A DNA stretch of 64,000 bases from assembly GCA_002840245.1 (NCBI GenBank), contig PHAA01000015.1, forward strand, positions 28,808-92,807, in the 5' to 3' direction. The DNA is from Firmicutes bacterium HGW-Firmicutes-15. Lineage in GTDB: Bacteria > Bacillota > Syntrophomonadia > Syntrophomonadales > Syntrophomonadaceae. Shown here piece after piece: positions 49,171-58,416 of the stretch; position 1 is the stretch's first letter; each line of letters opens with the position of its first letter. The notes beneath the pieces are model-generated. The model did not search any database. It saw nothing but the letters and a program-made list of their open reading frames with translations, and was not told the DNA's origin. A program made the position numbers and the translations under genes.

Positions 49171-49357
49171 GACAACATTCCTCCGCCTCGGTAATATTAG
49201 CCTAGGCTGTTATTCCTGAGTATATTTATATATTTTTATTATGTAAAGATAAATAAGTGCTATTGCTTAGCAGGGCATTCGTTGCCAGTTGCGAGGTTAT
49301 TTGCTGTTGCCTGTGATATAATAATTAATGGTAATAAGATCTAGGAGGATAAAAATT

Positions 49358-49522
49358 ATGGAAGAGAATAACAAGGGCTTGGAAATAATGCGCCAACTTA
49401 TTGAGAAGAAAAAGGAAAAGAGCGCATCCCAGGGTAGCATGAAGCGTGGCCCGGAAGATAGGTTCGGTACTAGTAGCCCCGGCAATAAGAAGAATAAAAA
49501 AGGTGGTCTTCCGCCCAAATAA
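49358..49522 (+). CDS. Small basic 54-aa protein (hypothetical)
   Basis: An AGGAGG RBS lies 8 nt before the ATG at 49358. The C-terminus is K/G-rich (GNKKNKKGGLPPK). Confidence 0.45.
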   Translation: MEENNKGLEIMRQLIEKKKEKSASQGSMKRGPEDRFGTSSPGNKKNKKGGLPPK

Positions 49523-49705
49523 ACGAAGTATTCGTTTCAGCTTGTCGACAAAGTCGGCAAGCTGCTAGGCTGATGACAGGAGTGAAGATTAAGGCATGAG
49601 AAAAGCTCGTGATTGAGGCGTACAAAGGTACGTTGATTGAGCGGGGTTTTTGAAATAACGCCGAGATTCGCTTTTGTCAACGGCCTGAAAACGAAGGATT
49701 CGTTT
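49521..49705 (+). repeat. Mosaic repeat, copy B: 151-nt core flanked by a duplicated 17-nt hairpin
   Basis: The flanks are aaacgaagtattcgttt (49521-49537) and aaacgaaggattcgttt (49689-49705). The core shares blocks with copies A, C (inverted) and D. Confidence 0.75.
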
Positions 49706-49817
49706 GGTGTTTTCTTAGACGTCACACAGGGGGAGGTTTCTACCGTCCCCTGTGTGTGCTAGTTTATAAAAAAGCTGAAAATATGGATATAGGCTAATGC
49801 TAAACTGAAAGGGAGTA

Positions 49818-51990
49818 GTGTCTCTGGAACAGATATTTAACCGTATATTTGCAGAAGCACATATATCAATCAAACAAATAAAGGCGGTAGCCCAATTATT
49901 AGATGATAGTAATACCGTACCGTTTATCGCTCGTTATCGTAAAGAGATGACCGGAGGTCTTGACGAAAACGAGCTTCGTTTAATTGAAGATAGGCTAAAA
50001 TTTCACCGTAACCTGGAGCAAAGGAAAGAAGAAGTAATCCGTCTTATAGATGGACAGGGCAAGCTCACCGATGATTTGGTGACGCAAATTAGCAAGGCTA
50101 CAAAAACTGTCGAGATCGATGACATCTATCTTCCATTTAGGCAGAAACGAAAAACTCGGGCATCGATGGCTCGTGATAAAGGACTTCAAGCTTTAGCGGA
50201 CTACCTGCTTAATTTCCCTTCCGAAGGGAATCTTGAGGAGGAAGCACTACGGTATCTCTCCGATCAGGTTCTAACAATTGAAGCCGCTTTGCAGGGAGCT
50301 AAGGACATCATTGCTGAGCAAGTGTCTGAGGACGCAACAGCCCGGCGTTGGATACGAGAATATAGCCGCAAACATGGAGTAATAGTGGTTAGCACCAAAG
50401 ATGTAAAGACTGAATCACCATACCGTATGTATTATGACTACCAGGAAGCAGTTGCTAAGATTCCTCCCCATAGAATATTAGCTATCAACCGGGGCGAAAG
50501 AGAGGAAATACTCAGGGTCTCGATCTCCGTTGGGGTAGAAAAAATTATCGACTTTTTAAATAAACTCTATGTGAAACCTGATATCACCGCTTCTTATGTC
50601 ACTGGAGCCATAGAAGACAGTTACTCCAGGCTCATTAAGCCATCTATTGAACGGGATCTGAGGAATGAACTAAGTGAAAAAGCGGAAGAACATGCTATAA
50701 ATATCTTTGCGAAAAACCTGGGTAATCTTCTCCTACAGCCTCCAATTAAAGGGCAGGTCATTCTAGGCCTGGATCCAGCTTACCGTACTGGCTGCAAATG
50801 GACTGTAGTGGATGAAACTGGAAAAATGCTGGAGGTGGGAGTGGTATACCCAACACCACCCCAAAAGAAAGTGGCTGAGGCAGAGGCGGTTCTTCTAAAA
50901 CGCATGCATTGTAGCAAATATGATTAAGAGTCAGAATCTACAAATTCCCTATACTATCGTTAGCGAAGCCGGTGCCAGTGTATATTCAGCATCCAAGCTA
51001 GCCGGCCTTGAATTTCCTAACCTGGATGTGTCGGAACGGAGCGCCATATCTATAGCCCGGCGGGTACAAGATCCTTTGGCAGAACTGGTGAAAATAGAGC
51101 CTAAGGCAATTGGTGTAGGACAGTATCAGCACGACCTTCCTCAGAAAAAATTGGACGATAACCTGACTGCAGTTGTAGAATCAGCTGTAAACCAAGTGGG
51201 TGTAGACCTTAACACCGCTTCAGCATCGCTGTTATCCTATGTTTCAGGGCTTTCTTCTACTGTGGCCAACAACATTGTAGAATACCGCGATATCAACGGC
51301 AAATTTAAGAACCGAAAACAGTTACTGAAGGTAACGAAGTTAGGCCCCAAGTCATTTCAGCAAGCTGCCGGGTTCCTGCGTATATATGATGGATGCAGCA
51401 TTATTGGCGACCACAAAGGAGCAACAGCAGCCTTAATTGTACCGCTTGCGGTACATCAGGAGTCCCCCAAGGGGGAAGTGCCCGGAGGGTTTAACCCGCT
51501 TGATGCCACAGCCATTCACCCGGAATCCTATGATCTGGCGATGAAGGTACTTGAAGTTACTGCAGCAATACCTGCGGAAATAGGGCAAGCTTCATTGGCA
51601 GCAAAACTAGAAGCGCTGGACATTAAAATCCTGGCTCCAAGCCTAGGGGCAGGGGAGCCAACCTTAAGAGATGTGATTGATTGTTTGCTAAAGCCACATC
51701 GTGATCCACGGGAGGATTTACCTCTGCCCATTTTCAGGACTGACGTACTAAGCATCGAAGACCTGGCTACAGGCATGTCCATGACTGGGACTGTAAGAAA
51801 CGTAGTTGACTTCGGAGCGTTTGTGGATATCGGGGTGAAGAGCGATGGATTAGTTCATCTGTCCGAGCTGGCTGACCGTTATATTCGTCATCCTATGGAA
51901 ATTGTCTCGGTTGGGGATGTGGTAACAGTACGGGTCTTGTCGATTGACCGGGAACGGGGAAAAGTATCCCTATCCATGAAATCTATCTAA
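49818..51990 (+). pseudogene. tex: Tex (S1-domain transcription accessory protein), split into two frames, with an internal deletion and an in-frame insertion
   Basis: The Tex_N motif TVPFIARYRKEMTGGLDE, the YqgF region LGLDPAYRTGCKWTVVDETG, then VSEAGASVYSAS, GVGQYQHD, HhH regions and the C-terminal S1 (GTVRNVVDFGAFVDIG) are all present. ORF 1 stops at 50927 and ORF 2 continues in the +1 frame from 50920. The canonical IAIGNGTASRE segment is missing. Confidence 0.8.
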
Positions 51991-51993
51991 GGG

Positions 51994-52039
51994 CAGACAG
52001 GGGCAGATAGAAGAACCGTCTTCTGTCTGCCCCTGTCTG
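51994..52039. terminator. 20-bp-stem hairpin between convergent tex and the DUF1540 gene
   Basis: cagacaggggcagatagaag-aaccgt-cttctgtctgcccctgtctg, with one mismatch (A opposite G). There is no clear U-tract. Confidence 0.6.
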
Positions 52040-52061
52040 AAAGAACCTGCCGAATACCAGT

Positions 52062-52235
52062 CTAGTCCTTCCGTCTATCATAACTCATGCATAGAGTCTC
52101 ATCTTCTGCTATGCCATTAGACGCGTTGGTACAGGCGCCCACCTGGATACTGGCAAGAGTACATTTACTGTCATTAAAATGCTTGCAGCTGCTGACATTA
52201 CAACCAATGGCCTGAATCCCATCTATTTCACTCAT
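52062..52235 (-). CDS. DUF1540-like small Cys-rich protein (57 aa), absent from the ORF track
   Basis: A GGGAGG RBS lies 7 nt before the ATG. My translation is MSEIDGIQAIGCNVSSCKHFNDSKCTLASIQVGACTNASNGIAEDETLCMSYDRRKD. It shows the C.V..C.....C.A..I.V pattern of DUF1540. Confidence 0.6.
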   Translation of the reverse strand: MSEIDGIQAIGCNVSSCKHFNDSKCTLASIQVGACTNASNGIAEDETLCMSYDRRKD

Positions 52236-52313
52236 TCAGAAACCTCCCTATATTTTTTATAGTTTGTGAGCTTTTCTGAAATTTATTCTGCCTGGTTTAT
52301 TTCATGACAGTCC

Positions 52314-52874
52314 CTAACTACCGGCAACTCCCCCGGAGACAATAAATGTCATCATATCAGCACTGTTAGAATCTAGGGGCTGAACATGACCGCTGGGAAA
52401 AATAAGCAGCTGTCCAGCAAAATTATAGGACTGAGGAACATAGACGGCCACATAATCATCCAGGCCGAAGTTGCTGAGGGATTCGCAGGTGATAAAACCC
52501 ATGACATGAGCGTGGCTCTCAGCGGAGAGTTTTACCAGTACAGGTTTGTTAAAGCTTTTCTTATCACCTACGAAGGCATTCAGTAAATCCTTCACTGATC
52601 CGTAGAGAAGCTTAACTAGAGGAAGTCGGTTGATCAGACTATCTAATAGTATAAAAAGCTTCTTGGTAAGGAAGTTGGATACCAGAAAACCTACCAGGAT
52701 CAACAGAAGAATGGTGGCAATAAAGCCCACACCTGGTACCACGCCCAGTCCAGGCAGGGGTATTTTTAAAAGCCCATCGATTTTTACAAATAGAATGTAG
52801 AAGATGTAAAGGGTCAGGACGATGGGGACCATGAAGAGTAATCCCCCAGAGAAATAATTGATTAGTTTTTTCAT
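52314..52874 (-). CDS. DUF502-family membrane protein
   Basis: Two N-terminal TM helices followed by the conserved ...LPLVKLLYGSVKDLLNAF...PVLV...G...GFIT core. Confidence 0.75.
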   Translation of the reverse strand: MKKLINYFSGGLLFMVPIVLTLYIFYILFVKIDGLLKIPLPGLGVVPGVGFIATILLLILVGFLVSNFLTKKLFILLDSLINRLPLVKLLYGSVKDLLNAFVGDKKSFNKPVLVKLSAESHAHVMGFITCESLSNFGLDDYVAVYVPQSYNFAGQLLIFPSGHVQPLDSNSADMMTFIVSGGVAGS

Positions 52875-52916
52875 GAAAAGCCTCCGTTCAATTTATTCGG
52901 TTTATAAAATTCAAAT

Positions 52917-52965
52917 AGATATTGTAGGATATAATTGCTTATACCAATTATATCCTACAATATCT
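52917..52965. promoter_or_regulatory. Perfect 21-bp inverted repeat with a 7-nt loop, in the divergent DUF502 / DEAD-box helicase intergenic region
   Basis: agatattgtaggatataattg-cttatac-caattatatcctacaatatct. Confidence 0.5.
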
Positions 52966-53086
52966 GTCGGGAGACAAAAAAGGAATGGCATGGGGACAAT
53001 ATTTTTTATCGATTCATGTATACAATTATTTGCCAATATGAAATAATAGATAAGTATGTTTGCAATAAGCTATAAAATTAGCAATA

Positions 53087-54565
53087 TTGGGTAAATATAA
53101 AATCAAGAAATCTAATAATAAAGGAGAAATTGAAGTATTGAAAACATTTGATGAACTGAACATTGAACCTCTTATCCTGCAGGCAATAAGCAATATGGGA
53201 TTTGAGGAACCCACTCCTATACAGGAAATGACCATCCCCATAGCCATGATGGGCCGCGACCTGATTGGAAGGGCCCAAACTGGAACAGGGAAAACGGCAG
53301 CCTATGGTATACCCCTAGTGGATAAATGCGAACTTGATTATGAGCAAATCCAGGGAATTGTGATTACACCCACTCGTGAGCTGGCTATGCAGGTAGCTGA
53401 AGAGCTCAATAAGATTGGGCAGTATAAAAGGATCCGGTCTATACCTATCTATGGTGGGCAGGATATAGATCGGCAGATAAGAGCACTAAAAAACAGACCC
53501 CATATTATTGTTGGGACCCCAGGCCGACTGATGGATCACATGCGCAGAAGAACCATCAAGCTGCAGCAGATAAAGATGGTGGTTCTGGATGAGGCTGATG
53601 AAATGCTCAATATGGGCTTTAAAGAAGATATTGAGGAAATACTTAAACAAGCTCCACAGGCACGGCAAAATCTACTTTTCTCGGCTACCATGCCTCCACA
53701 CATTCAGACTCTAGCTCGGGAGTTTATGAACAACCCGGAAATAATTCATATTGATCCTCGAGAGGTAACGGTAGCCAATACTGAACAACAATACATCGAA
53801 ACACCAGAGAATCAGAAATTGGATGTTTTATGCCGTTTGCTCGATATTCAGAATCCAGATCTGGCAATAGTATTTGGCCGCACCAAGCGCCGGGTGGATG
53901 AAATTGCTGAAGCTTTAAGCAAACGTGGGTATTCATCTGAGGGCATTCACGGTGATTTGAGCCAAAACATGCGGGATACGGTAATGCGCAAGTTTAAGAC
54001 CGGAACTATTGATATTCTAGTGGCAACCGATGTAGCCGCTCGAGGACTGGATATCACTGGAGTCACGCATATCTATAACTTTGATGTGCCCCAGGATCCG
54101 GAGGGTTATGTGCACCGCATTGGCAGAACTGGGCGTGCTGGAGAAACGGGCTTAGCTACCACTTTTGTTACTTCACGCGAAATAAACCATTTGAAATATA
54201 TAGAATCGCTTATCAAACATAAGATAACCCGTAAACCTATGCCTACTGCAAACGATGCTTTGGCTGGTTTACAGCGGGTAGTTGTTGATAGTCTACTTGG
54301 AACTGCAGCAAAGGAAGATATTGGGCAATATAAAGGACTAGCTGAAAGTTTATTAGAAGAACATGATTCGATTACCCTGCTAGCTGCAGCCCTGAAAATG
54401 TTGACCCGGGAACCTGTAGATAATCCATTGCAGATGTTGTCCAGTGCTCCCCCAATCCCATTAAAAAGTCTAGATAATTATAAAGATCCGAAAAAAGGCT
54501 TCCGGAGGAAGTCTAGCCCTCCGAGAAACTCTAGCGGCCCCAGAAATCCTAGAAAAACCTATTAG
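53087..54565 (+). CDS. DEAD-box ATP-dependent RNA helicase (CshA/DeaD-like)
   Basis: Q motif region FEEPTPIQ, Walker [13 protein letters not shown] (VLDEADEM), SAT and [10 protein letters not shown]. The C-terminal tail is basic. The true start may be the TTG at 53138, after an AAGGAG. Confidence 0.92.
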   Translation: MGKYKIKKSNNKGEIEVLKTFDELNIEPLILQAISNMGFEEPTPIQEMTIPIAMMGRDLIGRAQTGTGKTAAYGIPLVDKCELDYEQIQGIVITPTRELAMQVAEELNKIGQYKRIRSIPIYGGQDIDRQIRALKNRPHIIVGTPGRLMDHMRRRTIKLQQIKMVVLDEADEMLNMGFKEDIEEILKQAPQARQNLLFSATMPPHIQTLAREFMNNPEIIHIDPREVTVANTEQQYIETPENQKLDVLCRLLDIQNPDLAIVFGRTKRRVDEIAEALSKRGYSSEGIHGDLSQNMRDTVMRKFKTGTIDILVATDVAARGLDITGVTHIYNFDVPQDPEGYVHRIGRTGRAGETGLATTFVTSREINHLKYIESLIKHKITRKPMPTANDALAGLQRVVVDSLLGTAAKEDIGQYKGLAESLLEEHDSITLLAAALKMLTREPVDNPLQMLSSAPPIPLKSLDNYKDPKKGFRRKSSPPRNSSGPRNPRKTY

Positions 54566-54573
54566 AGTAAAAG

Positions 54574-54815
54574 GACCCGCCGAATTATTCAGCGGGTCTC
54601 AGATCGTCAAAAAAGCCCAATAGCGGCGTTATTAATAAAAGCCCGTTCAATCAACGTACCTATGTACGCCTCAATCACGGGCTTTTATTAATGCCTTGCT
54701 CTTGCGACATCAATTGTACCGCACGCGGTACATCAGTAGTACCCGTAGGGTGAACTTTTTTGCTCGGCCTGACTTTATCGGCACCCTGTGACCCGCCGAA
54801 TTCATTTAGCGGGTC
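54574..54815 (-). repeat. Mosaic repeat, copy C (inverted relative to B): 191-nt core flanked by a duplicated 25/26-nt terminator hairpin
   Basis: The flanks are gacccgccgaattattcagcgggtc (54574-54598) and gacccgccgaattcatttagcgggtc (54790-54815). The reverse complement of the core aligns block by block with copy B. Confidence 0.75.
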
Positions 54816-54820
54816 TTTTT
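54790..54820 (+). terminator. Rho-independent terminator of the DEAD-box helicase gene (the distal copy of the duplicated hairpin)
   Basis: gacccgc-loop-gcgggtc followed by ttttt. The proximal copy at 54574-54598 has no T-run. Confidence 0.7.
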
Positions 54821-54999
54821 GTATGTTGTTTAATTAGTAGTCTGATCTAAAGAGTAGAGATTGTGGATTAACCAGTTATGACTCCGGAGTAGATAATATT
54901 GCGAGTGAAAGATAGAAGATAATGTCGTATAATAATTAAACATTTAATAATAATTTCCATCATTGATTTAAATAAAAAGGTTGGTTTGGGGGAAAGTCA

Positions 55000-56124
55000 A
55001 TGATTCGGCTTCCGGTAAGTGAGTTGTTTAGCGGTATGGTGGTTGGGCGGGCCATCATTGATGCTGAACAGCGGGTACTTCTATCTAGCGGGCAGGTTCT
55101 GACCGAATATTTCATAAAGCGGATTGGTGACCTGGGCGTTGCCGCGGTTTTTATAAATGACCAGTTGGGTTTGGAAGAGTCACCTCCACCGGTAAGTGAT
55201 TCTATAATCTTGCAAGCAACTCATACTCTAAAAAGCAGCTATCAAAAGTGTTTGAAAACTGGTCGCCTACAGATAGGAGCAGTAAAGAAGCAAGTGGACT
55301 GCATGATAGATGAGTTAATTACTCATGGTAATGCTATGGTAGGAATGGCTGATATTAAAAACTATGATGACTACACCTATCAGCATAGTGTTAATGTTTG
55401 TGTTCTGGCCCTCATGTTAGGCATTAGTAAGGGATACAACCGCGCTCAACTGCAAAAACTGGGGTTAGGTGCTTTGTTACACGATATCGGCAAGGTTACA
55501 ATCCCTATCGAGATTCTGAATAAGCCAAGTGTTTTGAATAGCGAAGAGAGAACAATAATCATGAGCCATACATGGGAAGGCTTTAATATGATTAAAAGCT
55601 CTGGACAGGTTTCACTGCTCTCGGCTCATGTTGCTTTGCAGCACCATGAACATATAGACGGAAATGGCTATCCTCGGAAGATAAGGGGAGATTCTATTCA
55701 TGAATTTGCTCAAATAACAACAGTTGCTGACATATACGATGCTCTGGTGTCGGATCGCCCCTACCGGACTGGCTTTAGCAACCATGAGGCTCTGGATATA
55801 ATTGAAAAGGGTGAAGGTACGCAAATATCAGCTTCCTTAGTCGAATTGCTTCGCGTCCATGTTAAAATATGCCCGGTAGGTACTGTGGTACTCCTTTCTA
55901 CAGGAGATACTGCGCTGGTTACAGGAGAAAACACTGCTGACCCCAAAAAACCACGGGTCAAATTGCTGTTTGACCAAAATCAAAAGGCCAATACGTTGCA
56001 TCATATGGTGGATCTGGCTTCATATGAGACGGTCTCCATTTGTAGAATGTTTTCGACTGAAGATGCAGCTCTTGTTATATCCCGCTATCTAGCTATCCGC
56101 AACCTGAAGACCTCTACCGCGTAA
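55000..56124 (+). CDS. HD-GYP domain c-di-GMP phosphodiesterase
   Basis: HSVNVCVLAL...LLHDIGKVTIP...HHEHIDGNGYPRK...DIYDALVSDRPYR. Confidence 0.85.
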   Translation: MIRLPVSELFSGMVVGRAIIDAEQRVLLSSGQVLTEYFIKRIGDLGVAAVFINDQLGLEESPPPVSDSIILQATHTLKSSYQKCLKTGRLQIGAVKKQVDCMIDELITHGNAMVGMADIKNYDDYTYQHSVNVCVLALMLGISKGYNRAQLQKLGLGALLHDIGKVTIPIEILNKPSVLNSEERTIIMSHTWEGFNMIKSSGQVSLLSAHVALQHHEHIDGNGYPRKIRGDSIHEFAQITTVADIYDALVSDRPYRTGFSNHEALDIIEKGEGTQISASLVELLRVHVKICPVGTVVLLSTGDTALVTGENTADPKKPRVKLLFDQNQKANTLHHMVDLASYETVSICRMFSTEDAALVISRYLAIRNLKTSTA

Positions 56125-56361
56125 ATTATTACTGGCATTAGCTGTCTAATAACCGAGGGGACATTTCAGGTTTCCCTCTAATAAGGCCCTGAGGGGTATT
56201 GTTGCATTCAAAGGGTTTGATAAGTATTTCAGACCGTGCTTGCTGAAAGGGGTAAATCATAATATTATCTAGTTATGAGGATCAAAATCATCATCATCGC
56301 TGGTGATAGGTGAGATATTTGATACTTATTTGTGGTTATTATAGTTGGAAAGGATTAATAA

Positions 56362-56964
56362 GTGCATCATCTACATAATTTAAAGTTTTTTGTTGAATAC
56401 GTGAGATCGTTTGGGTATTTAGCCCCGGCGGTTGCCCTGATCTTCTTTACGGTTCAAGCTGCTGTTCCTGTTTTTCCTTATGCGGCTTTGGTAGCAATGG
56501 CTGTTATACTATTCGGTTTTAAAATAGGATTTTTGATCTCCATAGTAGGTGCGACACTAGGATCGGTAGTATGTTACTGGTTTTGCCGCAAATTCGGATC
56601 TGAATGGTTTAACCGCAAAATCCTAAGGCGTTGGGGCTATAATACCAACCAAATAAATTCCGGGATCGCTTTTTGGGGCATCGTTTTAGCCCATCAGGTT
56701 CCGGTCTTCCCTAGCGCAGTGATAGCTGCCACAGCCGCTCTAAGCCAGGTTTCCTTGTGGAGCTTTGTGGTTTCAACAGCTCTTGGATTGATTCCCGCTA
56801 CCATGGTCTACGGTGGGGTAGGCTTTTATATATTTAGAATACATGACATTTATAAAATTATGATTATTCTAGGTATTATACTACTGGTTATGTTCCTGAG
56901 CAAAGGCATAATAAAGAAAAAGTTAGCTCCAACAAAAACGTCTTCTGCAAACGAAGAAGTCTAA
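56362..56964 (+). CDS. TVP38/TMEM64 (DedA-related) membrane protein, second copy in the window
   Basis: Polytopic membrane protein with the same family pattern as 18479-19156. GTG start. Confidence 0.7.
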   Translation: MHHLHNLKFFVEYVRSFGYLAPAVALIFFTVQAAVPVFPYAALVAMAVILFGFKIGFLISIVGATLGSVVCYWFCRKFGSEWFNRKILRRWGYNTNQINSGIAFWGIVLAHQVPVFPSAVIAATAALSQVSLWSFVVSTALGLIPATMVYGGVGFYIFRIHDIYKIMIILGIILLVMFLSKGIIKKKLAPTKTSSANEEV

Positions 56965-57103
56965 TAGAGACAGGTTGATATGGGCTGGGTTTTTGCCAGT
57001 CTGCGCCACATTATGAATCTTATGATAATAAAAGCATATAATAAATAAATATGCTTGTCCGACCGAACGAGTAAAGTTGGCAGAAAAGGGAGGTTTTACA
57101 GGC

Positions 57104-57520
57104 ATGGAGTTGGAACAATGCCTTAATTTCGTGCTTACCAAAGCACAACATAATGTACATCAACTTTTTAAGGCAGAGCTGGCACCGTATGGAGTTACGC
57201 CTGGGCAATACGCGGTCTTACGCTGCCTTTGGGATGAAAATGGTCTAACCGCCCGAAAGCTGGCAGACCGACTCTACCTGGATGGTTCTACAATTACTGG
57301 CATCCTGGATAGGATGGAACAGAGGGGGCTGGTTGAAAAACTAGTAGATCCCAAAGACAGACGTGCTTTGCAGGTGATGTTAACCGAAACCGGCCGAATG
57401 CTAGAAAAACCTCTATCCCAGGCAATTATTAACGCCAATCGGAAGGCCCTGCTTAGTATAGACGAAAAACAGGCCGAGGTTTTAAAACAGATGCTGCAAA
57501 ATATTGGGACGGCTGAATGA
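57104..57520 (+). CDS. MarR-family transcriptional regulator
   Basis: Winged HTH LTPGQYAVLRCLWDENGLTARKLADRLYLDGSTITGILDRMEQRGLVEK..DPKDRR. An AAGGGAGG RBS precedes the ATG at 57104. Confidence 0.85.
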   Translation: MELEQCLNFVLTKAQHNVHQLFKAELAPYGVTPGQYAVLRCLWDENGLTARKLADRLYLDGSTITGILDRMEQRGLVEKLVDPKDRRALQVMLTETGRMLEKPLSQAIINANRKALLSIDEKQAEVLKQMLQNIGTAE

Positions 57521-57631
57521 GAAAATAATACTTGGCATACAAATTAATTGTTGACAAACTAAATGCTTCACCCTAGAATTTAGATGCAGGAAGGTTTCCT
57601 TGACCCCTAAAATAATAATAGGAGGTAGTGA

Positions 57632-58402
57632 ATGATGCTTCGAATCATAACCTGCTTTAAATGGGTCATCGATCAAGCGGACATTAAGACGTCCCCCGGT
57701 TCCCGAGAACTTCTACTGGATAGGGCATCTTACCGGATCAGCGATTATGATCGCTTTGCCATTGAAGAGGCGGTAAGCCTGCAGGAACAGCACGGCGGCA
57801 GCACAGCGGCCATAACGGTAGGCTCTCCCGCGGCCCGAAAAAGCTTGAAAGATGTCCTGTCCCGCGGTCCAGAAAAAGCCTACTTCGTCAATGATCCTTC
57901 TTTTGACACCCTTGAGCCATCGCAAACCGCATCTATCCTAGCCAGTGCCATCCGTTCACAACTGGAGTACGACCTCATTATTTGCGGTGAAGGCTCTGGC
58001 GATCTTTACGCGCAGCAGGTAGGCCCACGCTTAGCAGAGGCTCTGAATATACCAATGACCACTTGTGTTAGTAAGCTGACTGTTTATGGAACACAGATTA
58101 TTGCCGAACGCAAATTGGATGACGGAATCGAAGTGGTAGCCATACCTCTCCCTGCACTGGTGACGGTTCTACCCGAAATAAATACCCCTCGGATTCCTGG
58201 GCTGAAAGATACTCTGGCAGCCTCAAAGAAACCGGTGGTTGATATTAAGGCAACTGACCTGGGACAAAGTTTTGAACCCTGCTTACAGACGATCACCATC
58301 CTAGCTAGCTCTATGGAAAGAAACGGTGTGAAATTCAGTGCTGATGGAGCTGATATCCGAAAATTTGTGGAAGTCATATTGAAAACCGGTAACATTAGTT
58401 AG
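57632..58402 (+). CDS. etfB: Electron transfer flavoprotein beta subunit (FixA/EtfB)
   Basis: EtfB-like layout (IITCFKWV.D......, DLIICGEGSGD), directly upstream of etfA. AGGAGG RBS. Confidence 0.85.
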   Translation: MMLRIITCFKWVIDQADIKTSPGSRELLLDRASYRISDYDRFAIEEAVSLQEQHGGSTAAITVGSPAARKSLKDVLSRGPEKAYFVNDPSFDTLEPSQTASILASAIRSQLEYDLIICGEGSGDLYAQQVGPRLAEALNIPMTTCVSKLTVYGTQIIAERKLDDGIEVVAIPLPALVTVLPEINTPRIPGLKDTLAASKKPVVDIKATDLGQSFEPCLQTITILASSMERNGVKFSADGADIRKFVEVILKTGNIS

Positions 58403-58416
58403 AGGGAGTGATATGA

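Noticed and set aside
49567-49590. C/D-box or kink-turn-like reading of gctgatgacaggagtgaagat in repeat copies B and D
   Set aside because: The resemblance to tgatga/ctga boxes rests on a few nucleotides only. There is no supporting covariation, and copies A and C lack the motif.
49537-49725. 62-aa minus-strand ORF, plus mini-ORFs (such as atg aga aaa gct cgt gat tga), inside repeat copy B
   Set aside because: The reading frames are not conserved among the repeat copies: copy D would give an unrelated 26-aa peptide, and copy C has stops. The conservation follows structure and sequence blocks, not coding.
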